A stretch of 64,000 nt of DNA, from NCBI GenBank assembly GCA_040954595.2, contig CM082590.2, positions 1,798,001-1,862,000 on the forward strand. The letters run 5' to 3'. The notes below the pieces were generated by a model. The model made no database searches and had not been told where the DNA came from. It saw nothing but the letters and a program-made list of their open reading frames with translations. A program made the translations under genes and the position numbers. Below, piece after piece: positions 20,985 to 33,800 of this stretch (its first letter is position 1; each line of letters opens with the position of its first letter). Source of the DNA: Balanoglossus misakiensis (Eukaryota; Animalia; Hemichordata).

Positions 20985-21905
20985 CCAGCGTAGATTCCAA
21001 TCAGAAGACAATTGTGATGAACAGTATGTTCTTTTTGATTGGGACCTTATAAGATTGGTTGCATCTGTATGGATGTATGGGTGTATGTCCGTCCACATCA
21101 AAAACTTGAAAACCGCTACGCGTACAACCTCGATATTTGTTGTGTAGATGCATACCAGGCTGTAGATGGGAGTTTGTTCAAACAAAGTTGTCATTGCCCA
21201 AAATATGTAAATTATCAGGGAAAAACCTAAATTTGGTCAAAACTCAGAAAATCAACAACCACTGGTCATAATGATTCTGTATGTTTTGAGCTAATACTGT
21301 GAATTTTCCATTTTTTATGCATATTTTGTCTTTTTCCACATATTTGGTAATAAAACCTACTTTCTGGAATTAATCAGCCCACCGCTTTGAAATTTAGTAT
21401 GGAGCTTCATATAGGTGATCTGAGATACTAAAGTTTTGTTTAAATTGCTGCAAAATTTGCATAATTATAATTTTGGAGCAATTTTTACATTTTTGATCAT
21501 TTTTTTCCTGTAAAACCGCTCGTAAGATCGCTTTGGAAATTTGCATGCATGTTCAAATCAACGTGAAGAATTCAATAGTATATTTATGTGGTGATTTTAG
21601 CCATTTTTGTTCAAAATTCATTCTCAGAACCCTCTACTCCATTGCTTTCAAATTTGATTTAAAGGTTCCTTCCTGAGTTGTCATGATAATTTACAAAACC
21701 AATGATGAAAGTGTCAATCTTTTGTGTGGGCAATATCTTGTATTTTGGGGGCATATTTTCCAATTTTGAAAAATTATATTTCCCAGAAAGTGTAAGGCTG
21801 ATTACTTTAAAATTTAAGTTAATAGGATTGGCTTATTTAGAATTATAATGGAATCAAATTATAGGTAATTCAAAACTTTTATATTTTGTAGGATATTTTG
21901 TTTTA
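20985..21905. mobile_element. HINE/DINE-like non-autonomous element; similar sequence resumes at ~25840-26400
   Basis: gggaccttataagattggttgcatctgtatggatgtatgg..gtccgtcc matches the 10000-10090 element in reverse. Degenerate attgctttcaaattt repeats occur in both segments. Confidence 0.5.
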
Positions 21906-24391
21906 TCATACATGCAACGCCCGTATTTGGCACTTTCTATTGTTCTCGCCCCGAAGATATTTTACGGTATTACACTGAGTGCAATATATCTTCACTCCGC
22001 GTCTCGAACTATTTTTGAGAACGCAAGGCACGACAGTTATAATAATGTTTTCAAAGTTGGCTGTTTTGCCATGTTGAATGTATCATTTTTACTTATTCGA
22101 AATTCTCAATGCAAAATAATTGTTAACATGATATTTTGAAAGAGAACGTAGACAATTTTATTTCGAATGCGGATGTGCCCATCGTAGTGAAAGCTGCCAA
22201 CCCCCGGCCCTTAAAATGATACTACGGCCCACACGTCATACGTCACAACATGGCTACTGCCGTGATCCCAGGGCGCCCGTTCAAATTTGAAATTGTTTTT
22301 CTCGGCGCATTTTCGCAAATCGTACTGTTTTATAGGTAGGCATGTATGATAAAGGGGTTATTACACGAATTTTGGTCGATAACGCGACGCATTCTCGTGA
22401 TGTCCGTATTTTGACGAGTTGCAAAGCAACGAGTCAAAATACGGACCCCTAAATATACAACAAAACATTTTATCTCCGCGACCAGCTGTTCAATTTGGTG
22501 CATGGACAGTGTTGGACTCTTGATCAGTCTATGTTTAGAAAATTTGATCAAATTCATGATGACTTGAATTGAATTGAATCAATGTTTATTCGCTGCAGGA
22601 ACACTTTATTGACTACAAACTTTTGTTTTGTTGTTTGTTGGATGGGTAAAATTTAAGACCTCTCGACCAACGCAGAGTGAAGTTTAATACTTTTGAAGTT
22701 GTCAAAATCGACTAAACAGAGCGAGAAAAACGGCAATTTGCGCTGTCGGCACATTTCTTCTCCTGCCTCGAATTATCGACACCAGCCCCCTCCCCCCAAA
22801 AATATCAATTATGGTTCATCAAATAACTAGACTGCATCGTCCATGAAATCAAACTCGACGACAAAAAAACTTCGCCGATTCCGAGGTAAACGCATCCCGA
22901 CAGGATAAGAACTCCGCTATGTGACGTCATCTGATTTCTCTGTAAAAATTGGTTGGTCGTTACTTCGGGAACGGCACTTAATCTTCTCGGTTGGGCCTTT
23001 AATTTCCATGACCCCGGTCGATTCGGCCAAGACGCAAACCGATTCTTCACTTTGCAGTTCAGTAAAGTTGGCGAACGGGATAGTCTGTTAATGGTGAATG
23101 CAGGCCTGTACGCAGTGCTAGCGAACGGGACAAATTGACATAATAAAAGCGAGTGTTGTCAGATTAGTGGGACTGTCATATCATGAACACAATACGGGAG
23201 GCGTGATAAGGGCATTATAAAGAGCGAGCGTGAAACTGACATGGAAACGATCGACAGTACGGTACAGCACAGTGGCTGTGGGTAGAGCGAGCATGTTGCT
23301 GTGCCGAACACATTTACCATGTTTGTTAAATACAACACACACCGACTTGACCTGCGGCCGCAGCTGCAGCTTCCTAACGCGCCCTAATCCTAGTAGTTTA
23401 CGATCTCGTGGATCGCGGTTGGACTAATAAAATGACCCAGAAAGAGAACCACATTAGGAAGTATTATAGGTCTGTTTCCTCAAAGTCCAATAAGTGCAAA
23501 ACCTAACGCACATCAAAATGTTGCCCAGACAACGGAAGTTAGCAGTTTGCTTGCTCGGTTTGAAATGCGCGGCTGTGGTAGAAAATTACCCCCTGTTCTT
23601 TGGGACGTGAGCCACCCCCCTGAGACAATGGTGCACTCACACTCGAGAACATAGGTTTGCTATTTGCATATACAAATGGAATATTCCTTCGAATGCGAGC
23701 ATGTTCCAGTGCGTTCTAAAATAATAAAATATGCAGCTATAGCATGTATGCATATTCATTAGTGTGTCGTAATGCTAACTTTGGTCTGTGATTGGGTAAC
23801 AAGTCCCACTCTCCATAACAACAGGTGATCATTGACCCGTTTCCGGTGTGCGACGTCGGGTTTCAATCACTTTCCTTCTTACTGCCGCGGGATCAAGACG
23901 TCTTTTCGGTAGGCTCATAATCCAGTCATTGCTTTTAGTACCATAGCCTATATAGCTACGTTACCGTCGCTCGATTGTTTTGTCTGGTATTAGGTGATTT
24001 GCAGCTATCCGTTCAACACCTTGTAGTTGAACAGAAGTAGGTCTTATTCCAGAAAAAAAATCCGAGCTACGGGCGTGCAGCTAGCCATGCCTCTCGGCCA
24101 TTCTGTGTATGGCTTCGCTGCTGACCCTGAGGTCATAATCGAGAAAGTCTAGTCATATTCATAGGGCTATACTCTGTGAGAATTTTATTGCTAGGCCTCT
24201 TGCCTAAGCGCACGTAGAGCCAGTGTTTGCATTTTTTTAATTTTACGGTTTAAACGTGGTTGGTGTATTTTCGCTTTTCTGTTTGTTTTTTCGTAACATT
24301 TTACTGTTTACATGTTGTTGGCGTATTTTCGCTTTTCTGGTGTGATTTCCACCTCACTGTTGGCATACTTAAACAATTATCGAGTTATGTA

Positions 24392-25669
24392 TGGGTGTCT
24401 CAAAACACATTGTGCGACAAGAAAGTGCTAGTCGCACTTTGAGGGAAATGCTATCTGCGACCACTAGCACTTTGATTCTGCGACCACTAGCACTTTGATT
24501 CTGCGACCACTAGCACTTGCATTCTGCGACCACTAGCACTTTGATTCTGCGACCACAAGCACTTGCATTCTGCTACAAGATTTTTTATTGGTTGTGTAAC
24601 TTATGTGCGCAATTAATACCCCATTGACAGTAACGAGGTGTGAACGATTCGACAAGGCAACGTCAATGCCCGATGCTTTCCCGGCCGATCCCAAGTTCGT
24701 CACGTTGATAATTGCGGCAGTCATTGATCGAGTTAACAAAGCAAATGCCCCGGCCGTTGCGTCGCCTTTCCGTACTGTTTGTACAAACATGCAACCACAA
24801 CTGTACATGAAAAAACTAGCTGCGTATTGCTCTCAGACTAAAACATCAATGCAATGAGAAAACGTTGATAAAACATTATTTATATAGACAGAATAAAGGA
24901 AAAAGTTTATTAACGTAAGTACTGTACTCGATCGTATCGGCATCTTGAAGTCCTATTTTTAACACGCAAAGGTCACGGGTTCATGTGGGCGCGCACAACA
25001 CTTAACTGCACTCATGCTACAGAAATACACACAGTCGTTTTTCAACATAAAAATATTACCTTTATTTAGACATAAAACCGCTAAAGGCAAGTATACCGAT
25101 CACGGAAGCAAGTAGTCAGATTCATCGAGCGATTCATCTGATGAGTGCAGCGCGACCTTGACCATATTCTACGATGTCAAAGGTCAGGTCATTCAAAAAT
25201 GGCGATTGTGTTGTCATCGCATCGCAAATGCGCATTTCGCGCTCGTTTAATAGCTAGTTTTACTCAGCTACAAAAATCGACAAACCAGAGTTCTTATTAA
25301 AGTCGGTGTAAAATCAGACTTGGATATGATCTAGTAGAAATGAAAGGTCAGTATTTAACCAAACGGAAATTACGTGGATCGTGTATTTTGTACATGACAC
25401 GAGTACAACATATCAAGTTATCATCTTGAAAGAAAGTTGAATGTCGCGATACTTTCAAAACCCCTCGATCGATACGACTGTGCTTTTTGAAACTGGTTTT
25501 TATTCAAGCTTGTTGGTCGCAAATGATCACAGCGCACAATGCAAGTACCAGTGGTCGCAGAATCAAAGTGCTAGTGGTCGCAGAATCAAAGTGCTAGTGG
25601 TCGCAGATAGCATTTCCCTCAAAGTGCGACTAGCACTTTCTTGTCGCACAATGTGTTTTGAGACACCCG
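24392..25669. mobile_element. 1278-bp non-autonomous TIR element, TA TSD, ~140-bp TIRs containing 23-bp tandem repeats
   Basis: ta|tgggtgtctcaaaacacattgtgcgacaagaaagtgctagtcgcac... versus ...gtgcgactagcactttcttgtcgcacaatgtgttttgagacacccg|ta. The unit tgcgaccactagcactttgattc occurs ~4-5 times on the left and ~2-3 times on the right. Confidence 0.88.
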
Positions 25670-28155
25670 TATATACCTGAATTATCCTAATTTTTATTGG
25701 GCAAACCGATAAAACCAGAACCAACACAAGTAAAGAAAATTGTAATCTGTTTGGTGATAACCCTTTTAGCTTTGAGAGATAACCGATTTGATGTTTTAGT
25801 AAAACCAAATTTTTGACCAGGGTGACAAGCATTTTTTTCTCCAAGAGTCGTGTTGCTTTGAAGCATACATTTGGATATATGGTCCCATTTGATGAAAACC
25901 TGGTTGATGAAAAATGTGCATATTTATAATTTTGTAGAGTTTTTTGTCTTTTTTGGTCAATTTTTTTTTATCTAAAACTGCTTGTCAGATTGCTTTCAAA
26001 TTTTGCAGGGTTGTTCCTTGGGAATAATTGAGTGAGATGTTTTAGAAAAATACTTGAAATTTGCATATTTGCGTTTTGTGTGTGATAGTTTTGGAATTTT
26101 TCATTAACAATTATTTTCTTTCAAACTGATTGTCAGATTGCCTTGAGCTTTGGTAGGCATGTTCCCTGAAGCGATTGACGTAAGATATTGTACAATTTTG
26201 GTGAAAATACTGATTTTTCTGAAACTGCATATGGGATTGCTTTGAAATTTGATAGGATTATTGCAATGGGTAACCCAAGTTTTGTCTGATTGTGTTGATT
26301 TCCCTATACTGAGACTCGCCAAGTACACTATATGTTTATATTACTAGAGAGTTCAGAATCCAATATGGCCGCCATACGAACTGGGACATACTGTGTAATC
26401 TGATTATTTTCTAAACTTGTCATATTTTAATTTCTCGATCTCACAAATAAAAATGAAATGCCAAAAACTGAGTAACTTTCGTTTCTTCCCGCTTGGTGTC
26501 CATTAAAGTCTTTTTCCTCCCACTGGGAAAGTGGCTAGAGACAATATGTGCATAATGGCAGCATTATATGGCACTGAATAAATGGCAGGGGTGTTTACAT
26601 CTCCTAATTTGTTTTCACTTAAACCATTATAAATATCTAACAGTATATGATCATATTGTGTATGCAACTCGGAGATGCGTTTCACTTCAGGGTTGGAAGT
26701 TTGTTTAGTCAAGTCTGGGAAGTGACATGTCTTCAAAGTGACTGATGTTATCTGCTTAGAGCTGAATGCCCATGGGTGTTCTTTCCTAGAAATTCATTTT
26801 CTTTGCATTTCATAGACCTGTGTATAATTATAATTTCAGTTATATATTCTAATTTGCGTTTAGGTAGAGTATGCATGGAATTAAAATAATTATTCTGTAA
26901 TTACCCAACAAAAATGTTTGTCTTACAATTGTCCAGCAAGTGGATATTTTGATTGTTAATTTGCACAGGCAACATTATGGAAGTAGCATAAAGAGTATTC
27001 GATAATATAGCAGACCTTCTAGCCAGAAAGAAGAGCTTAGAAGATTTATCAGCTCATAATATTCCTTTAACCAATGAACTTTATATGAACTTGCACACCT
27101 GCCTTTAAGATACAGGGATTAATGTTCAGGAAACCTTACCAGCTCTAGTACATTTATTTCAGCCAGAAATTGAATTACCAGATAAAAAAATCAGTAATGT
27201 TACAAAGATACAGTCAGAAAATAAATGGAGAAAGCCAGCAAGGAAGGCAGAAAAGTGGAATACATGAAAGACACAGTTTGCTTAAACTACATGTGTATGC
27301 AGTAAAAACTGTATGGTGCAAGGACGTTCATTTTTATGATTTATAGCCAGCCAGTCTTTCCATGCATATCATACCAAAATTAATATGAAAATCGTGTAAA
27401 TGTTAATAGACTACAAGGATAGTACAAATACATGTAGAAATTACACTATCCAACTTTCTCCACTTTTGATATCTGCTCAACACAGGCAAGCAAAAGGGCC
27501 GATCTGAGAGTTTGACTTGAATGATGGCAATTTTTGCTGTCCAGAAGTAACTGTATAAAATATTTTTTGGTAGTAGTATTATTGCTCAAAATTCACAAGA
27601 ATTTAAATGTTTCCGCTCACTACAGTGATTGAACTGATTTTCAGCAAATTGCAGTGTATAAACAAATATTGCCATCTAATGAAATATCAATCCAATATGG
27701 CCGCCCATTTGCAATGGTAAAATGCTAGGTTTTTCCTTTTTTGAGCGCCTGGGAATTTAAATTATAATCCAGATATCGAAAACTTAAGTCACTATCTGTA
27801 TCTGCACATATATTGTAATATATTCTGAAAATGTCGTTACAATTAGATCAACTATGATTGAGACACGGAACATCAAACATTGCAAAATTTCATATTTCGC
27901 ATGGTGCCATGCAAAATATAGAGATATTTTCTTTACAAGTTTAGATGATCTCCTGTAAAACTGAAAGAAGTATTCTTCTGTGAATCGTGCATAATTTTTT
28001 GAAAAATGTTGAAGATACTTGAGAATATCAGTATTTTTTGATGCTTTTGTACCTTGAAAACTGGTGAACCGATTTTGATAATTTTCTTTATTATAACCTA
28101 CAAAGACCTATAAACATTTTTTATCAGTAAAATAAACAGCCTTATATAATTTTAC

Positions 28156-28567
28156 TGGTCCAGCTGTTACAGAGACCACCGGCTATTTTATTATAAACTG
28201 GTGGTAGGTCAGTGAATGCCTCTGTCTGATTGGACTAATTAGCTTGTCATACTCGCATGTATTTTACAGACAGTTTTTGGACAAAAATCAGTTGTGGTCC
28301 AGCTGTTACAGAGACCTCTGGCTATTTATTATAAACTGGTGGTAGGTCAGTAAATGCCTCTGTCTGATTGGACTAATTAGCTTGTCATACTCGCATGTAT
28401 TTTACAGACAGTTTTTGGACAAAAATCAGTTGTGGTCCAGCTGTTACAGAGACCTCCGGCTATTTTATTATAAACTGGTGGTAGGTCAGTGAATGCCTCT
28501 GTCTGATTGGACTAATTAGCTTGTCATACTCGCATGTATTTTACAGACAGTTTTTGGACAAAAATCT
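28156..28567. repeat. 138-139-bp tandem repeat, 3 copies
   Basis: tggtccagctgttacagagacc starts at 28156, 28295 and 28433. Confidence 0.92.
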
Positions 28568-29415
28568 GTTTTTTTAGTGCTGCTTGTAAGATTGCAGTGA
28601 CACATAACACTTGATTGGGCATAGTGAATTTTTTTATGTTTCCATATTATTTGAATATTTTTGCCATATATGCTTGCCAATGTCGCCCGTGATTTTAATT
28701 CTGGCGAATACCTAAAATCTGTGTAATCCCCAAATGGCACAACAGTATCCTATACGCTATGTTTTTAGAAGTGAATTATACCTGGATATGCATCTTGTTA
28801 AAATGCACAACAGTCACGATTTTGTTCACACGAGTTTGATTGCTGCCAGGACATAACCCAAATATTTTGATAATTTTGGCAATGACCTTTGAACTACTAT
28901 CCCATGCCTTGGCATGTACAGCAGATACAGCGTTCAAATTTGGAGGACTGGAACACCTAATGAAGTACATGTATTAACTTTAACACAATAATTATGTACA
29001 TAAGCTATTTAAAGTTACCCAATAGATCTTAGAAGTCTGGTTTTTGCTGGACACTGATCAGTTTGATATCAAAATTTGTTGGCCCAACTTTGCGTGAACT
29101 CTGGCTTACTTACCATTTCTCAGCATCCATAACAAATACAGCCTTTGCTTTCTGTTGGAACCATGCTAACCACTTTGGTCACTCCAATGCTGCTTATAGT
29201 TGGGTCTTCTTCATGGCGGCCATATTGGATTTTTGGATAACCTTTAAAAGTTGACATTTTTTCAAAAATTACAAGGCCAATCAAGTTCTAATTTACTGTC
29301 CGTTCCAATTTTTTTCAATAATATTGTTAGTGGTCATGCGAATTTGGATTCATTATGGATTTTTGAAAAATCTCATGAAAAATTTCCAAAGTCTTTTTTT
29401 TAATCAAGCTTTCAA

Positions 29416-29793
29416 CATCGTCGCAAACCACGGCCCTTTCACGGCAGCGCTCTGCTCCCCGCAAAAAGGCCGTGGTATAATACGCCCATGTATTCAGTAT
29501 TTGGTCTAGGCGCTTTCATAGTACATCCAACAACCAATCAGATTGCTTGTTACATCCCATTCACCCATCTCATTACATCTCATTCTAAACAACATGTTGG
29601 CTTCCAGTGGCAGTGCTTTGAGTCTGACTGAGAGCGAAGAACGTGCAGTTTGATTGGCCAGATTATAATGATGTCATCTCATGAATATGCATTACCAATA
29701 TGTTCAAATACCAGCGCGGTACTCCATTTTAACCAGAGTACGTGATTTCGATAGTGAAACGAAAGAAATCCGTAGTCTGGTGGGGCGAGAATG
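29416..29793. mobile_element. 378-bp non-autonomous element with 8-bp TSD and short CAT...ATG termini
   Basis: TSD gctttcaa at 29408-29415 and 29794-29801. Ends CATCGTCGC and CATTCTCGC. The empty site aatcaagctttcaagtg is present in sibling units at ~30680 and ~49580. Confidence 0.85.
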
Positions 29794-30894
29794 GCTTTCA
29801 AGTGAATTGTGATTGCTTTAACCTTATTCGAGCCAAATTGGATTTTCTGAACACCGATGAAAAACAAAGATTTCCTATTTCTAGCCTACTCATTGATAGC
29901 ACACAAATTAATTTTATTGATACGAGTCACCATATGACTAGAATACGTTACATTTTTGGCAACTTTCACATGTTCTTTGATCCAGTTGTTTTTCAGAATT
30001 TGATTAAACAATTTATAGGCCACTCTCACATGTCCTTTGATCCAGTAATTCTAGAACTTAATTTTATGTGGATATGCCTCTTGTTAAAAAGCACAACAGT
30101 CATGATTTTGTTCACATGAGTACTATTGCTGCCAGGACATAACCCAACTATTTTTATAATTTTTGGCAATGATCTACTTTCCCATAACTTGCCATGCACA
30201 GCAGATACAGCTTTCAAATTTAGGGGACTGGAACATCTAATGAAGTATTAATCTTTAACACAATACTTATGTACTTATCCTATTTAAAGTTAACCAATAG
30301 AGCTTAGAACTTTGGTTCTTGTTGAACACTGATCAGTTTGATATCAGATTTTGTTGGCACAATTTTGCGTGACCTCTGGCTTACTTACCATTTCTAGCCA
30401 TCCAAAACAGATACAGAGCTTGCTTTCTGTTGGAACCACGCTAACTGCTTTGGCACCTGTAATGCTGCATGTTCCTTTAATTGTCTTCTTCATGGTGGCC
30501 ATATTGAATTTTCTGATAACCTCTAAAAGTTGACATTTTTTTCTAAACTACAGGGCCAATCAAGTTCTAATTTACTGTCCCTTCCAATTTTTTTCAATAA
30601 TATTGTTAGTGGTCATGCGAATTTGGATTCATTATGGATTTTTGAAAAATCTCATGAAAAATTTCCAAAGTCTTTTTTTAATCAAGCTTTCAAGTGTATT
30701 GTGATTGCTTTAACCATATTCGAGCCAAATTGGATTTTCTGTACTCTGATTAAAAACGAAGATTTCCTATTTCTAGCCTACTCATTGAAAGCACACAAAT
30801 TCATTTTATTGATATGAGTCACCATATGAATAGAATATGTTACATTTTTTGGCAAATTTCACATGTCCTTTGATTCAGATTTGTTAGAACTGAA

Positions 30895-33800
30895 TTGTAC
30901 TTGGATATGTCTCTTGTTAAAAAGCACAACAGTCATGATTGTGTTCACATGAGTTTTATTGCTGCCAGGACATAACCCAAATATTTTGATAATTTTGGCA
31001 ATGACCCTTGATCTACTTGGATATGTCTCTTGTTAAAAAGCACAACAGTCTTGATTTTGTTCACATGAGTTTTATCGCTGCCAGGACATAACCAAAATAT
31101 TTTGATAATTTTGGCAATGACTCTTGATCTACTTGGATATGTCTCTTGTTAAAAAGCACAACAGTCTTGATTTTGTTCACATGAGTATTATCGCTGCCAG
31201 GACATAACCCAAATATTTTGATCATTTTGGCAATGACCCTTGATCTACTTGGATATGTCTCTTGTTAAAAAGCACAACAGTCTTGATTTTGTTCACATGA
31301 GTTTTATCGCTGCCAGGACATAACCAAAATATTTTGATAATTTTGGCAATGACTCTTGATCTACTTGGATATGTCTCTTGTTAAAAAGCACAACAGTCTT
31401 GATTTTGTTCACATGAGTTTTATCGCTGCCAGGACATAAACCAAATATTTTGATAATTTTGGCAATGACCCTTGATCTACTTGGATATGTCTCTTGTTAA
31501 AATGCACAACAGTCTTGATTTTGTTCACATGAGTTTTATCGCTGCCAGGACATAACCAAAATATTTTGATAATTTTGGCAATGACCCTTGATCTACTTGG
31601 ATATGTCTCTTATTAAAATGCACAACAGTCTTGATTTTGTTCACATGAGTTTTATCACTGCCAGGAAATAACCCAAATATTTTGATAATTTTGGCAATGA
31701 CTCTTGATCTACTTGGATATATCTCTTGTTAAAAAGCACAACAGTCTTAATTTTGTTCACATGAATTTTATCGATGCCAGGACATAACCCAAATATTTTG
31801 TTAATTTTGGCAATGACCCTTCATCTACTTCGATATGTCTCATGTTAAAAAGCACAACAGTCCTGATTGTGTTCACACGAGTTTTATTGCTGCCAGGACA
31901 TAACCCAAATATTTTTATAATTTTGGCAATGACCCTTGATCTTCTTGGATATGTCTCTTGTTAAAAAGCACAACAGTCATGATTTTGTTCACATGAGTTT
32001 TATTGCTGCCAGGACATAACCAAAATATTTTGATAATTTTGGCAATGACTCTTGATGTACTTTGATATGTATCTTTTTAAAAAGCACAACAGTCTTGATT
32101 TTGTTAACATGTGTTTTATCGCTGCCAGGAAATAACCCAAATATTTTGATAATTTTGGCAATGACTCTTGATCTACTTGGATATATCTCTTGTTAAAAAG
32201 CACAACAGTCTTAATTTTGTTCACATGAATTTTATCGATGCCAGGACATAACCCAAATATTTTGTTAATTTTGGCAATGACCCTTCATCTACTTCGATAT
32301 GTCTCATGTTAAAAAGCACAACAGTCCTGATTGTGTTCACACGAGTTTTATTGCTGCCAGGACATAACCCAAATATTTTTATAATTTTGGCAATGACCCT
32401 TGATCTTCTTGGATATGTCTCTTGTTAAAAAGCACAACAGTCATGATTTTGTTCACATGAGTTTTATTGCTGCCAGGACATAACCAAAATATTTTGATAA
32501 TTTTGGCAATGACTCTTGATGTACTTTGATATGTATCTTTTTAAAAAGCACAACAGTCTTGATTTTGTTAACATGTGTTTTATCGCTGCCAGGACATAAC
32601 CAATATATTTTTATAGTTTTGGCAATGACTCTTGATCTACTTGGATATGTCTCTTGTTAAAAAGCACAACAGTCTTAATTTTGTTCACATGAATTTTATC
32701 GATGCCAGGACATAACCCAAATATTTTGTTAATTTTGGCAATGACCCTTCATCTACTTCGATATGTCTCATGTTAAAAAGCACAACAGTCCTGATTGTGT
32801 TCACACGAGTTTTATTGCTGCCAGGACATAACCCAAATATTTTTATAATTTTGGCAATGACCCTTGATCTTCTTGGATATGTCTCTTGTTAAAAAGCACA
32901 ACAGTCATGATTTTGTTCACATGAGTTTTATTGCTGCCAGGACATAACCAAAATATTTTGATAATTTTGGCAATGACTCTTGATGTACTTTGATATGTAT
33001 CTTTTTAAAAAGCACAACAGTCTTGATTTTGTTAACATGTGTTTTATCGCTGCCAGGACATAACCAATATATTTTTATAGTTTTGGCAATGACTCTTGAT
33101 CTACTTGGATATGTCTCTTGTTAAAAAGCACAACAGTCATGATTTTGTTCACATGAGTTTTATCGCTGCCAGGACATAACCCAAATATATTGATAATTTT
33201 GGCCATGACCCTTCATCTACTTGGATATGTCTCTTGTTAAAATGCACAACAGTCTTGATTTTGTTCACATGAGTTTTATCGCTGCCAGGAAATAACCCAA
33301 ATATTTTGATAATTTTGGCAATGACTCTTGATCTACTTGGATATATCTCTTGTTAAAAAGCACAACAGTCTTAATTTTGTTCACATGAATTTTATCGATG
33401 CCAGGACATAACCCAAATATTTTGTTAATTTTGGCAATGACCCTTCATCTACTTCGATATGTCTCATGTTAAAAAGCACAACAGTCCTGATTGTGTTCAC
33501 ACGAGTTTTATTGCTGCCAGGACATAACCCAAATATTTTTATAATTTTGGCAATGACCCTTGATCTTCTTGGATATGTCTCTTGTTAGAAAGCACAACAG
33601 TCATGATTTTGTTCACATGAGTTTTATTGCTGCCAGGACATAACCAAAATATTTTGATAATTTTGGCAATGACTCTTGATGTACTTTGATATGTATCTTT
33701 TTAAAAAGCACAACAGTCTTGATTTTGTTAACATGTGTTTTATCGCTGCCAGGACATAACCAATATATTTTTATAGTTTTGGCAATGACTCTTGATCTAC

